Shown one piece after another: positions 1 to 9,300 of a stretch of 52,834 bases of DNA. The notes under the pieces are model-generated. The model saw nothing but the letters and a program-made list of their open reading frames with translations, made no database searches and was not told the DNA's origin. Source of the stretch: Fimbriimonadales bacterium (GTDB taxonomy: Bacteria; Armatimonadota; Fimbriimonadia; Fimbriimonadales; ATM1); NCBI GenBank assembly GCA_051003155.1, contig JBPCLO010000016.1:1-52834 (forward strand). The letters are read 5' to 3'. The first letter of the stretch is position 1, and each line of letters opens with the position of its first letter. The position numbers and the translations under genes were made by a program.

Positions 1-111
1 GTGCCGGCTCGCTCGGCCAGCGGCGCATCGGCGCCGGGCACACCAAGCCCCCCCTCCCCCCCCCCGCCGCGACCCCGCCACCCGCGTCGCCCCGGTGTAG
101 TGATCGGCTAA

Positions 112-462
112 ATGGATCGGTGGATAAGGGTTTTGGCTCTAAGCGTGCTCCTCGGCGCCGTGTTGACCCTCTTCGGCTCGACCGCGAGTTCCATTACAAT
201 GAATTCGTGGCTAAGGTTTTTCGTTCTAAGCCTGCTCGTCGGTGCCGTGTTGGTCCTCGCCAGCTTGATCGCGGTTCACCTACCTCGGTGCTTCTTTTCA
301 AAGAAGGGGAGAACCTGCGACGCACAAGAGGACCAGCTCGACGAAGCCGCGAAAGTTCGGTCTCGGGCCAAATCCACCGATATCGGACGAGTCCTCGTGG
401 ATCTCGGGTACATCGGCGAGGACGAGCGATCGGATGATAAACGGGATACAAGGAGTGACTGA
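112..462 (+). CDS. Hypothetical membrane protein (2 predicted TM segments, charged tail)
   Basis: 116-aa ORF with two hydrophobic stretches; family not recognised. Confidence 0.5.
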   Translation: MDRWIRVLALSVLLGAVLTLFGSTASSITMNSWLRFFVLSLLVGAVLVLASLIAVHLPRCFFSKKGRTCDAQEDQLDEAAKVRSRAKSTDIGRVLVDLGYIGEDERSDDKRDTRSD

Positions 463-470
463 TACCCAGT

Positions 471-881
471 TTGGCACGGGCGCTCGGGTCGATGTTTCGC
501 GATCGGAAATTTTGGGCGGTGTTGGCTCTGGGCGCCGTTTTCACAGTGCTGATAAACCGGGGCGTAAGAATATTTCTCTTAGGTTCATACCTATGGGCGA
601 GGAGCGGAGTGATCGTGCATATCGCATCGATCATCACGATCGCGCTCTTGGTTGCCACTCATAGAGAAGTGTTGCGCATCATGCGGGAAAACGGCAGAGG
701 TAGGCTAGCGGGACGGGCTCCGACCGTTCCGTGGTCGCTTCTCCTTTTATCTACCTTGTCGTGGTTGCTTGCTTCCTCGTGCTTCTTTGCCTATTATGGC
801 CACTGGTATTTCAACAACGACGCCGAAGTCCGCATGTTCATCGAAATGTATCGTCGGGAATGCTATCCATTTTGGGATTAG
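471..881 (+). CDS. Hypothetical membrane protein (~3 TM)
   Basis: 136-aa ORF with hydrophobic segments; AGGAG lies upstream in the end of the previous gene; start may be ATG 492. Confidence 0.5.
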   Translation: MARALGSMFRDRKFWAVLALGAVFTVLINRGVRIFLLGSYLWARSGVIVHIASIITIALLVATHREVLRIMRENGRGRLAGRAPTVPWSLLLLSTLSWLLASSCFFAYYGHWYFNNDAEVRMFIEMYRRECYPFWD

Positions 882-1017
882 GCACGCGCCACAGGAACGG
901 TTGCCGAAAAGACGGGCGGCGGGGTAGAATGCACAGGCTTTTGGGGCCGCCTCGGCGGTCTCTTCTTATAAATCTGAAAGTCTGTCAGGGGGCTTTCGTC
1001 GAGGGATAGATTCACCG

Positions 1018-4000
1018 TTGAAAAATATCTTTGCAAAAACGATAGGGCGTCTCGCGCCCATGCGCCTGCTGATGGCGCTCCTTTGTCTTACACCCGCTCT
1101 CGCCATGGCCTCGGAGGCCAACGTCAAGCTTGTCTTCACGGATCAGGACAAGATGTTCCTTTACGTCTCGCTGGCGCTGGCGCTGCTTGCGATCGTCGTC
1201 GGGTTCGCGATTCGCGGCTGGGTTCTGAAGCAGTCCCCCGGCAACGAGAAGATGCAGGAAGTGGGCGCTGCCATCAAGGACGGCGCGATGGCTTATCTGC
1301 GCCAGCAGTTCCGCACGATGTCGGTGTTCGTGGTGCTCCTCGCCGTGGGGCTATTCTTCCTGTTCAACTGGAAGTTCCCGGGCGTTGCAATCGCGAACGT
1401 TCCCATCGGGCTTTGGCTCGCGGTTTCGTTCGTGCTAGGCGTTCTGGCTTCCTATGTGGCGGGGTATGTCGGGATGGTCATGGCCGTCGCGGCGAATATG
1501 CGCGTCGCATCTGCGGCTCAAACGAGCTATAAGAATTCCCTCGAAATCGGCTTTCGCGCAGGCGCCGTCGCCGGCTTGGTGACCGTCGGCATGGGCCTCC
1601 TCGGCGCCACCCTGATCTTCCTCTTGGCCGGTGAGCAAGCGATGAAGCTCCTGATCGGTTTCGGCTTCGGCGGCTCGCTGGCGGCGCTCTTTATGAGGGT
1701 CGGCGGAGGCATCTTCACCAAGGCTGCCGACGTGGGCGCGGACCTCGTCGGCAAGGTCGAGGCGGGCATCCCAGAGGACGATCCCCGAAACGCAGCGACT
1801 ATTGCGGACAACGTGGGCGACAACGTCGGCGACTGCGCGGGTATGGCCGCGGACGTCTTCGAATCGTACGAAGTCACCCTCGTCGCCGCGATCATTCTTG
1901 GCGCAGCGACCGCGGCGATCTTCGACCAGAGCACGTGGATGAAGCTCATTATCTTCGCGCTGATGGCTCGTGGTGTGGGCATCGTCGCCTCGATCCTCGG
2001 CATCTTCTTCGTGCGTGGCAAGAACGACGAGCGGATGGACCCGCTCACGCCGATCACGCGCGGTTTCTGGTTCTCAGCCGGCGTCGCGATAATCGGAACC
2101 GTGGCACTCGCGTTCTTCATGATGCAGGGCATCAAATCGACGACTTACAGGGACATCGAAGGAAACCAGGTGAGCGCTCTGCGCAAGCTGGAAATGCGCG
2201 ACTTCCGCGTTATGTACGCGATGAACAACGTCGAGCTGGGCGTCAGCGCACCGAACGCGACCAAGCCCGCGATTCCTCCGGCTCGAATGTCCGACGCGGA
2301 CCTCGCGAAGAAGTCGACGGAATTTCTGGACAAGCTTCACGCGGACTTCGTCAAGAACAAGCCCCCGCAGTCGCCCGCGGTCGCGAAGTTCAAGCCGGTC
2401 ACCGTCGAGGAAGTAAAGGTCTATCGTGAAGACCCGGTTCGCAACTACACGATGCTGAACAATGGCATGCCGCAGGCGCAGCTCCCGGATATCGGGCGTG
2501 GCGCCGACAACAAGTTCTTTGTCGCCAAGATCAGCCGACCCGGGATGCCTAATCAGGCTACTCCCAATGTCCCGGCCAAACCGATCGAGAATTGGCAGTT
2601 CATGCCTGAGAGCCAGATGGGTTCTCCGATTCCTGGCATGACGATCAAGGAGACAGCCGAAGCCAACCTCGCGGTCAGCACGGCGAATGGCGACGTTTAC
2701 TGGGTCATCGCCAAGGATGTCAAGGACAAGAAGGCGTATAGCGCGCTGCCTCCCTTCGACTTCTCGGAAACCAAGCACGTGGCTGAACCCATGGGCAACA
2801 TGGAACCCGTGGAGAAAGATGGCAGCGTGACGACGGTCATTCAGTCAGGCAGGCCAGTCGAGTGGTGGCGGTTCTGCGTAGCCATCATCGTCGGCATCCT
2901 CATGGCCTACTTGATCGAGCGCATCACGGATTACTTCGTCAGCTTCGAGAAGAAGCCGGTGCGCGAGATCGCGGCAGCTTCGACGGCGGGGCCAGCTCCG
3001 ATGATCATCCAGGGCTTCGCTTATGCGATGGAAAGCGCAGTTTGGTCCGTCTTTACGATCGTCCTCGCGCTCCTCGCACCACTGTTCATCTTCCCTCCGG
3101 CGGAATTCGGCGGCTACATCCTTAGCTTCTACGGGATCGCCCTCGTCGGCCTCGGCCTGCTGACTACCACCGGATACATCCTCGCAATGGACACTTTCGG
3201 CCCCATCAGCGACAACGCCCAAGGCGTCTACCAGATGTCGGGCGCTGAGGCAACCGAGACGGTTCAGGAAGGCAGCATGCCCGGCAGCCGTGCCGTTCAG
3301 CGTCTCGACGCGGCAGGCAACACGACAAAGGCTCTTACGAAGGGCTTTGCAATCGCCACCGCGGTTGTCGCGGCGGTGGCCCTGTTCCACTCGTTTATCG
3401 AAGACGCTCGAATTACCGAACTCGGACTTCGGATCGAAATTCCCGAGATCTTCATCGGCCTGCTCATCGGTGGCGCCGCTCCGTTCCTGTTCAGCGCCTT
3501 TTCGATCAATGCGGTAGGGCGCGCAGCGTTCCAGCTCATCGGCGAAGTGCGCAGGCAGTTCGCTGCCGACCCCGGCATCATGGCCGGCACCAGCAAGCCG
3601 GACTACGGCCGCTGCGTTTCGATCGTAACCTCGGCCGCGCAGAAAGAGCTGCTCGGCCCCGGCATTCTCGCGATCGCCTTCCCGGTACTGGTCGGATTCG
3701 GCCTTGCGATCGGAAAGGCTCCGGTAATGATCGGTGGCACGGAGTACAACCTCGTTGGCGCGCAGGCGCTTGGAGGCTTCCTTGCGGGAGCGATCCTTAG
3801 CGGCCAGCTACTCGCCGTAACTCTGGCCAACTCGGGCGGCGCTTGGGATAACTCGAAGAAACTCATTGAAGACGGACTGTACGGCGGGAAGGGCTCCGAA
3901 GCCCACAAGGCCGGCGTTGTTTGCGACACGGTCGGTGACCCGTTCAAGGACACGGCCGGCCCGGCGCTTAATCCGCTCATCAAGGTCATGAACCTCGTCG

Positions 4001-4173
4001 CCCTGCTCCTCGCACCGGTGGTCATCACCAAAATGGACGACTGGGTCCGCTACCTGGTCGTGGGTTTGGCGGTGGTCGCCCTCGCGATCGCGGTGTTCTG
4101 GTCCAAGCGGGGCTCGATCGGCACCGAGCTTGCGAAGTCCGCTGGCGCCATCGCTGAAGAGCCGGCGCACTAG
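1018..4173 (+). CDS. hppA: Membrane-bound H+-translocating pyrophosphatase, K+-independent type, with large insertion
   Basis: GGGIFTKAADVGADLVGKVEAGIPEDDPRN, DNVGDNVGD, GPISDNAQG, GNTTKA (Lys = K+-independent signature), GDPFKDTAGP-like motif. Confidence 0.97.
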   Translation: MKNIFAKTIGRLAPMRLLMALLCLTPALAMASEANVKLVFTDQDKMFLYVSLALALLAIVVGFAIRGWVLKQSPGNEKMQEVGAAIKDGAMAYLRQQFRTMSVFVVLLAVGLFFLFNWKFPGVAIANVPIGLWLAVSFVLGVLASYVAGYVGMVMAVAANMRVASAAQTSYKNSLEIGFRAGAVAGLVTVGMGLLGATLIFLLAGEQAMKLLIGFGFGGSLAALFMRVGGGIFTKAADVGADLVGKVEAGIPEDDPRNAATIADNVGDNVGDCAGMAADVFESYEVTLVAAIILGAATAAIFDQSTWMKLIIFALMARGVGIVASILGIFFVRGKNDERMDPLTPITRGFWFSAGVAIIGTVALAFFMMQGIKSTTYRDIEGNQVSALRKLEMRDFRVMYAMNNVELGVSAPNATKPAIPPARMSDADLAKKSTEFLDKLHADFVKNKPPQSPAVAKFKPVTVEEVKVYREDPVRNYTMLNNGMPQAQLPDIGRGADNKFFVAKISRPGMPNQATPNVPAKPIENWQFMPESQMGSPIPGMTIKETAEANLAVSTANGDVYWVIAKDVKDKKAYSALPPFDFSETKHVAEPMGNMEPVEKDGSVTTVIQSGRPVEWWRFCVAIIVGILMAYLIERITDYFVSFEKKPVREIAAASTAGPAPMIIQGFAYAMESAVWSVFTIVLALLAPLFIFPPAEFGGYILSFYGIALVGLGLLTTTGYILAMDTFGPISDNAQGVYQMSGAEATETVQEGSMPGSRAVQRLDAAGNTTKALTKGFAIATAVVAAVALFHSFIEDARITELGLRIEIPEIFIGLLIGGAAPFLFSAFSINAVGRAAFQLIGEVRRQFAADPGIMAGTSKPDYGRCVSIVTSAAQKELLGPGILAIAFPVLVGFGLAIGKAPVMIGGTEYNLVGAQALGGFLAGAILSGQLLAVTLANSGGAWDNSKKLIEDGLYGGKGSEAHKAGVVCDTVGDPFKDTAGPALNPLIKVMNLVALLLAPVVITKMDDWVRYLVVGLAVVALAIAVFWSKRGSIGTELAKSAGAIAEEPAH

Positions 4174-4181
4174 CGCCCTGA

Positions 4182-4218
4182 TTCATGCCCCCGGGGGGTT
4201 ACCTTCCGGGGGGATGAA
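4182..4218 (+). terminator. GC-rich hairpin between hppA and sucD
   Basis: TTCATgCCCCCGGGGGG-ttac-CTTCCGGGGGgATGAA inverted repeat; no U-tract. Confidence 0.45.
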
Positions 4219-4230
4219 CTCCAAGCAATC

Positions 4231-5109
4231 ATGGCAATCTTAGTCGACCAAAACACTAAGCTCATCGTCCAGGGAATCACGGGGCGCGAAGGCGGATTCC
4301 ACACCAAACAAATGATCGAGTACGGCACGAAGGTCGTCGCGGGTGTCACCCCTGGCAAAGGGGGAACTACCTTCGAGGGCGTTCGGGTTTTCGATTCCGT
4401 TGCCGAAGCCGTTTCCGAAACCGGAGCAAACGCGTCTGTGATCTTCGTTCCGGGCCCCTACGCCGCTGACGCGATCATCGAAGCGGAAGAGGCCGAAGTG
4501 CAGTTCGTATGCGCGATCACCGAAGGTATTCCTCAAAACGACATGGTTCGTGTTGTCAACAAGGTTGCGGAGAACGACGGCTGTAGACTCCTCGGGCCGA
4601 ACTGCGCGGGGATTATCAGCCCGGGACTCTGCAAGATCGGTATCATGCCCGGTCAGATCTTCGCTCAGGGCAAGGTCGGACTCGTTTCGCGAAGCGGCAC
4701 TCTTACGTACGAAATTGTCAACGAGCTGACGCTCGCCGGCCTTGGGCAGAGCACCTGTGTGGGAATCGGCGGTGACCCGTTGCTCGGTACCAAGTTCGTC
4801 GATGTCCTGCCCATGTTCGAAGAGGACGACGACACGGACGCGGTTGTGTTGATCGGCGAAATCGGTGGCAGCGACGAAGAAGACGGCGCCGAGTTTATTC
4901 GAGGCATGAAGAAGCCGGTCATCGCGTTCATCAGTGGACGTACGGCGCCTCCCGGAAAGCGCATGGGGCACGCAGGCGCTATCATAAGTGGGGGCGTGGG
5001 CGGATCGGAAGGCAAGGTCGAAGCGCTAACGGCGGCCGGAGCCAAGGTTGCCGACATGACCGGCGAGATCCCTTCCCTCGTCCGAGATGCCCTGAGCGTT
5101 CGCAGCTAG
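4231..5109 (+). CDS. sucD: Succinyl-CoA synthetase alpha subunit
   Basis: [34 protein letters not shown] (phospho-His). Confidence 0.97.
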   Translation: MAILVDQNTKLIVQGITGREGGFHTKQMIEYGTKVVAGVTPGKGGTTFEGVRVFDSVAEAVSETGANASVIFVPGPYAADAIIEAEEAEVQFVCAITEGIPQNDMVRVVNKVAENDGCRLLGPNCAGIISPGLCKIGIMPGQIFAQGKVGLVSRSGTLTYEIVNELTLAGLGQSTCVGIGGDPLLGTKFVDVLPMFEEDDDTDAVVLIGEIGGSDEEDGAEFIRGMKKPVIAFISGRTAPPGKRMGHAGAIISGGVGGSEGKVEALTAAGAKVADMTGEIPSLVRDALSVRS

Positions 5110-5514
5110 GGGTGTCGGCGCCAGGCTCGTGAATGGCGCGAAAGGAAGATTGCGAACGACGCCGAAAGCCACAACCATCAGCGCAACAACCAACGAACTC
5201 TTGTGGCCGAATTGCGGCCACTTCCACTCACCCGCAATGGCAAACCTGGCCAATGAGAACAGGCACCAGGCGGCCAAGGGCAGGAGGACGACGATGAGGA
5301 GATTTTGTTTTAGGGCGTCCACAGGGTTGCCGTGCATGGCAAGGTAAGCAGCGCGGGTGCCGCCACATCCAGGACAGTAAAAACCGGTTAGCACGTTGAA
5401 CAAACAGGTGGGATGGGAACTTCCGGGGACCGGAGGGTGAGCGTAGATCCATGCAGCGACGCCCAGGAGCCCGAGGACACACAACGCACTGGCTATCCGC
5501 GGCGGGGATCGCAT
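5026..5514 (-). CDS. DUF2752-family membrane protein
   Basis: [19 protein letters not shown] motif plus TM segments. The 84-nt overlap with sucD disappears (stop at 5106) if the G4 run at 5109-5112 is one base shorter. Confidence 0.8.
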   Translation of the reverse strand: MRSPPRIASALCVLGLLGVAAWIYAHPPVPGSSHPTCLFNVLTGFYCPGCGGTRAAYLAMHGNPVDALKQNLLIVVLLPLAAWCLFSLARFAIAGEWKWPQFGHKSSLVVALMVVAFGVVRNLPFAPFTSLAPTPLAANAQGISDEGRDLAGHVGNLGSGRR

Positions 5515-5572
5515 TCCTTAAGATAGACGAACGGATCTACATTTCCGGATCCCAGGACCTATGGCCCGACCA

Positions 5573-5591
5573 ACTGTGATAAACTCTCAGT
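5573..5591 (+). promoter_or_regulatory. Extended -10 (TGaTAAACT) for leaderless marR, overlapped by an imperfect palindrome (candidate operator)
   Basis: ACTGTGA-taaac-TCTCAGT; TAAACT ends 7 nt before GTG 5593. Confidence 0.5.
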
Positions 5592-5592
5592 C

Positions 5593-6132
5593 GTGGAGTT
5601 GCACAGTCCGGTCAAGGCGAATGTGCTCAGCGACGTGTTCGCGCAACTGATCCGTATTTCGCTTAGTGAGAGGATCGTCGAAGCTTTGTCCGCCGCCCAA
5701 GTCACCTATGCTCAGTTCGAGGCCCTGCGATACGTGCAAACGCATCCGCACACAACCGTCGGAGACCTGTCCGCCGGTCTCAGAATCTCTTACCCAAGTG
5801 CGACCAACATGGTGAGCCGCCTGAGCCGCAAAGGATTGTTGCAGAAGCGAGGAGTACGAGCGGACCGACGGATCGTCCGCTTGGTACTTACCCAGGCGGG
5901 CGACCAGCTCGCACATGAGGTGCGTGAGGAGCGTGGCAAGCGGATTGCGGAAATCATGGCGGCGATGAGAGCTCGCGATCGCGACCACTTCCTCATGGCG
6001 CTCGACAATTTCATCATAGCCGCAGGCAGGTGCGGCCTCGCCGACCCCGTCGATTTATGCCTTAGCTGCGGATCTGGAGGTATGAGTGACTGCACCCTGC
6101 TGCACGTAGGGGCCGAACACAAATGCCGCTAG
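5593..6132 (+). CDS. MarR-family transcriptional regulator with Cys-rich C-terminal tail
   Basis: wHTH (VTYAQFEALRYV...SATNMVSRL...DRR..RLVLT.AG); tail CLSC-x7-C-x10-C. Confidence 0.9.
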   Translation: MELHSPVKANVLSDVFAQLIRISLSERIVEALSAAQVTYAQFEALRYVQTHPHTTVGDLSAGLRISYPSATNMVSRLSRKGLLQKRGVRADRRIVRLVLTQAGDQLAHEVREERGKRIAEIMAAMRARDRDHFLMALDNFIIAAGRCGLADPVDLCLSCGSGGMSDCTLLHVGAEHKCR

Positions 6133-7250
6133 CCTACTTCGACAACGCTGCCTCGACCAAAGTGGACCCACGGGTCCTCGGGGCCATGCTACCGTTCTTC
6201 TGCGAGAACTACGCTAACCCCAGCGCACTTCATTCGCCCGCTCAATCCTCGAAGATGGCCATCGAAGACGCCCGCGAGGCGGTAGCCGAGCTTCTAGGAG
6301 CAAACGATCCGTCGGAGGTGATCTTCACTAGCTGTGCGACCGAGGCGAACAACACCGTCCTCTCAAGCTTCGGCGGCCGGCTTCTGATCTCGGCGATCGA
6401 GCATCCCTCCGTCCGGATGCCGGCCCTCGCAACCGAGCGCGCCGACCTGATCCCGGTAGACCACACGGGAACCATCGACATCGTCGCCTATACGGAGCTG
6501 CTGAAGAAGGGTCCAGCGCTGGTCAGTATCATGAGCGTCAACAACGAAATCGGCAGCGTGCAAGACATCGACACGCTCGGTGCAAAGGCTCAAGAGGCAG
6601 GAGCCAAGTTCCATAGCGACATCACGCAAGGCGTGGGCAAGTTCCATCTCGATCTCGCGAATCGTTCGATCGATTACGCCACGTTCTCCGGACACAAGTT
6701 TCACGCGCCGAAGGGCATCGGCGTTCTGTGGGCTCGCGAAAGTAGCCCGCTCAAACCGTTTATGGTTGGCGGCTCGCACGAGAACTACCGCAGAGCCGGC
6801 ACGCACAATGTTCCACTCATCGTCGGCATGGGCGAAGCCGCTAAGATTATCCTTCGCGACGGCGTAGTCGAGGCCAAGCGGATGCGGCAGATGAGGGACA
6901 ATATCATGGCGAGAGTCCTGTCGGAAGTACTTGACAGCAGGGTCAACGGACAAGACAACGGCGCCCCACACATTATCAGCTTCAGCTTTCTGCGTACCGA
7001 GGGCGAACCGATTATTATCAATTTGGACGCGTTGGGAATTTGCTGCACCGCTGGGGCCGCGTGCTCCTCGGGCAAGCACATCTCCAGCCCGGTTCTGACA
7101 GCGATCGGGCTTCCCGAAGAATGGCTCAGGGGCACGGTGAGAGTCAGCTTGAGCCGGTTTACGACAGACGAAGAATGCGACTTACTCGTAGATTCTCTAG
7201 TTAATTGTGTGCGTTCAATAAGAAACATTTCGGGCTATGCAAACGTCTAA
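6123..7250 (+). CDS. iscS: Cysteine desulfurase (IscS/NifS, group I)
   Basis: YFDNAAST, IEHPSV, SGHKFHAPKG (PLP Lys), GAACSSG (catalytic Cys). Confidence 0.93.
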   Translation: MPLAYFDNAASTKVDPRVLGAMLPFFCENYANPSALHSPAQSSKMAIEDAREAVAELLGANDPSEVIFTSCATEANNTVLSSFGGRLLISAIEHPSVRMPALATERADLIPVDHTGTIDIVAYTELLKKGPALVSIMSVNNEIGSVQDIDTLGAKAQEAGAKFHSDITQGVGKFHLDLANRSIDYATFSGHKFHAPKGIGVLWARESSPLKPFMVGGSHENYRRAGTHNVPLIVGMGEAAKIILRDGVVEAKRMRQMRDNIMARVLSEVLDSRVNGQDNGAPHIISFSFLRTEGEPIIINLDALGICCTAGAACSSGKHISSPVLTAIGLPEEWLRGTVRVSLSRFTTDEECDLLVDSLVNCVRSIRNISGYANV

Positions 7251-7262
7251 AGATAGCGCTAA

Positions 7263-7290
7263 GGAACCTGAAAACCGATTCCAACGTTTA
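7263..7290 (+). promoter_or_regulatory. Candidate ECF-sigma promoter GGAACC-N16-CGTTTA upstream of the sigma gene
   Basis: Matches the GGAAC-N16/17-CGTT type of ECF consensus. Confidence 0.5.
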
Positions 7291-7295
7291 GTACT

Positions 7296-7313
7296 TTGTG
7301 ATATGATTCACAA
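7296..7313. promoter_or_regulatory. CRP/FNR-family (or Rex-like) palindromic binding site
   Basis: TTGTGA-tatgat-TCACAA contains a perfect TGTGA-N6-TCACA. Confidence 0.7.
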
Positions 7314-7332
7314 TGTTACACGAAAATCGCCC

Positions 7333-7361
7333 TTGACAGGAGAGCGAAGTCGTGATACTTT
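7333..7361 (+). promoter_or_regulatory. Sigma70-type promoter for the sigma gene
   Basis: TTGACA (7333-7338), 17-nt spacer ending in TGn, TACTTT (7356-7361). Confidence 0.65.
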
Positions 7362-7526
7362 GTTGGGTAACGCTTGATAGTGAATGCTACTCGACTTACC
7401 CGTGATAATCGAATTGGAAGGCTCTTGAAGCGAGCGATTGCTCGCCAATGATGGGCGCATTTTTTACGCCGACGCCGCCGATTGGACCGCTCCGCACGTA
7501 TTGATTGGAAGTGATTTTGGAAATTT

Positions 7527-8498
7527 GTGACAATGACAACGAATAGTGCACTCCCCGCAGTTAACGAAGAACCTCTGGACGACGAACTCTTAGAAGTCGA
7601 AGAGGCTGCGGAGGAAGAAGAAGCAGAAGCCGAAGAGAACACACCGCCACCACCACCCGACGACTCCGAGGAGTTGGAAATGTGGATGCGGCAAACTCGT
7701 CGGGCGCAATTGCTTACGCCGGAGCAGGAGGTCTCCCTGGCTCGCCGCGTCCAAAACGGCAGCCATAAAGCCAAGCGCATCCTCATCGAATCGAACCTTA
7801 GGCTCGTGGTCAGCATCGCCAAGAAGTACAACGCCCGGGGCATCCCTCTTGCCGACCTCATCCAGGAAGGCAACCTGGGCCTAATCCGTGCCGTCGAAAA
7901 GTTCGACTGGCGCAAGGGCTTCCGCTTTAGCACGTACGCCACCTGGTGGATTCGGCGGGCTATCGCACGCGCCATCATTAACCAGGGTCGCACGATTCGA
8001 ATTCCGGTCTATGTTGCTGAACTGATCAACAAAGTGGTCAAGACCGCTAACCGGCTGCAGCAAGAACTACAACGCGAGCCGACCGAACTCGAGATCTCGA
8101 TGGAGGTGGGCCTTTCTATCGACCGCGTGCGCGAAATGCTTCGCGTGGCCGTCGAGCCGCTCTCGCTCGAGACCCCGGTGGGTGAAAAGGACAACTCTTC
8201 CTTAGGCGACTTCGTTCCCAACACGAACATGCCGACGCCTAGCGAGGTCACGAAGGACATCATCAAGAGCGAAGAGATCGACGCGATTCTCGGCCGCTTG
8301 ACGTCCCGCGAGCGAGACGTCGTCCGATTGCGCTTCGGCCTCGACGATGGCCGTCCTCGGACGCTCGAAGAGGTTGGGATGGCACTGAACGTCACACGCG
8401 AGCGCGTCCGCCAGATCGAGCTCCGCGCAATGAAGAAGCTCCGTCATATCGGCCAAGAGCTGTCCGCTCTCGGCGTTCAGCTTCAGACAACTGCCTAA
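7527..8498 (+). CDS. RNA polymerase sigma factor, RpoD/SigA family (probably group-2-like; short acidic N-terminus)
   Basis: [57 protein letters not shown]. Confidence 0.95.
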   Translation: MTMTTNSALPAVNEEPLDDELLEVEEAAEEEEAEAEENTPPPPPDDSEELEMWMRQTRRAQLLTPEQEVSLARRVQNGSHKAKRILIESNLRLVVSIAKKYNARGIPLADLIQEGNLGLIRAVEKFDWRKGFRFSTYATWWIRRAIARAIINQGRTIRIPVYVAELINKVVKTANRLQQELQREPTELEISMEVGLSIDRVREMLRVAVEPLSLETPVGEKDNSSLGDFVPNTNMPTPSEVTKDIIKSEEIDAILGRLTSRERDVVRLRFGLDDGRPRTLEEVGMALNVTRERVRQIELRAMKKLRHIGQELSALGVQLQTTA

Positions 8499-8517
8499 TC
8501 CGAGATTCCTCCTCGTC

Positions 8518-8546
8518 GAACCTCCGTCCAAACCGGGCGGAGGTTC
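8518..8546. terminator. Hairpin between convergent genes
   Basis: GAACCTCCGTCC-aaacc-GGGCGGAGGTTC. Confidence 0.6.
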
Positions 8547-8556
8547 CTCATTGCCG

Positions 8557-9195
8557 TCAGCCGGATTCAAGGGTCGCCGAGATCGCCCCGCGCAACTCGG
8601 CCATGCCAACGCCCAGCGGTATGCCGACATGCGGATGAGCATAAATACGGGCGGGATCGCGCAGGGGCATCTCGACCGGAATGCTGCACTGCGCGAGGAC
8701 GGCTCGCCTAGTCATCCGCATAGCGCAGCCTATCAGTTTGCGGCCCGTGTTGGGATCGATCACATCGTTGGGCGAAATGTGGCGAAAGCAGTCGGCGGTC
8801 TTGAGCCCCCGAGTCAGGAACCTCGTTTCCTCCCCTAGGGCAGCCCTTAGGCCTAGGTCGTCGAGCGCGCGGACCAGCGGTGCGATCAGCAGGCGATACT
8901 CGGCCCGTAGGGCCCGCGAGTTCGTCGAATCGATCGGTCGAGCGAGGCTAACGGTAAGGTCATGGCCGTGCAAAACGGCCTTTCCCCCGGTCGGTCGCAC
9001 GACCCACGGAACGAGCGACGGGTCCAGAAGGTCGCGCTCGGGGTCTTGAAAGCGGCCCAGAGACACCCATGGCCCATGCCACTGGTAGATCCGGGCGGCC
9101 GACTCGCCGGCCTCCGCCCTTTCCAGGAGCCCCGCGTCGCGAGACATGTTGGTGTGCCCGTCGCACTTCCCTTCCGGCTCAACTGCATAGCCCAC
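8557..9195 (-). CDS. Lipoate-protein ligase / octanoyltransferase (LplA/LipM-like BPL_LplA_LipB family)
   Basis: NMSRDAGLL, VSLGRFQ, RPTGGKAVLH, CF....PNDV, GRKLIGCA. Start uncertain: GTG 9195, or ATG 9254 if the C4 run at 9209-9212 is frameshifted. Confidence 0.85.
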   Translation of the reverse strand: MGYAVEPEGKCDGHTNMSRDAGLLERAEAGESAARIYQWHGPWVSLGRFQDPERDLLDPSLVPWVVRPTGGKAVLHGHDLTVSLARPIDSTNSRALRAEYRLLIAPLVRALDDLGLRAALGEETRFLTRGLKTADCFRHISPNDVIDPNTGRKLIGCAMRMTRRAVLAQCSIPVEMPLRDPARIYAHPHVGIPLGVGMAELRGAISATLESG

Positions 9196-9300
9196 TATCG
9201 GCCGTGCTCCCCGAGCGCCTCCCTCTTCATTTCGTGACTTTCCTCCGGGGTCATGGTTGATTGGAGTATACGAGGCGGCTCGACGTGGAGGAACGTACAA

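Noticed and set aside
1..95. Poly-C / very GC-rich stretch (G-quadruplex-like on the minus strand)
   Set aside because: Low-complexity sequence at the window edge, likely poor-quality assembly; no supportable function
2125..2862. Intein in hppA
   Set aside because: No intein terminal residues or LAGLIDADG motifs, and the insert is not in a conserved catalytic motif
7368..7526. Riboswitch in the sigma gene leader
   Set aside because: No recognisable aptamer or terminator
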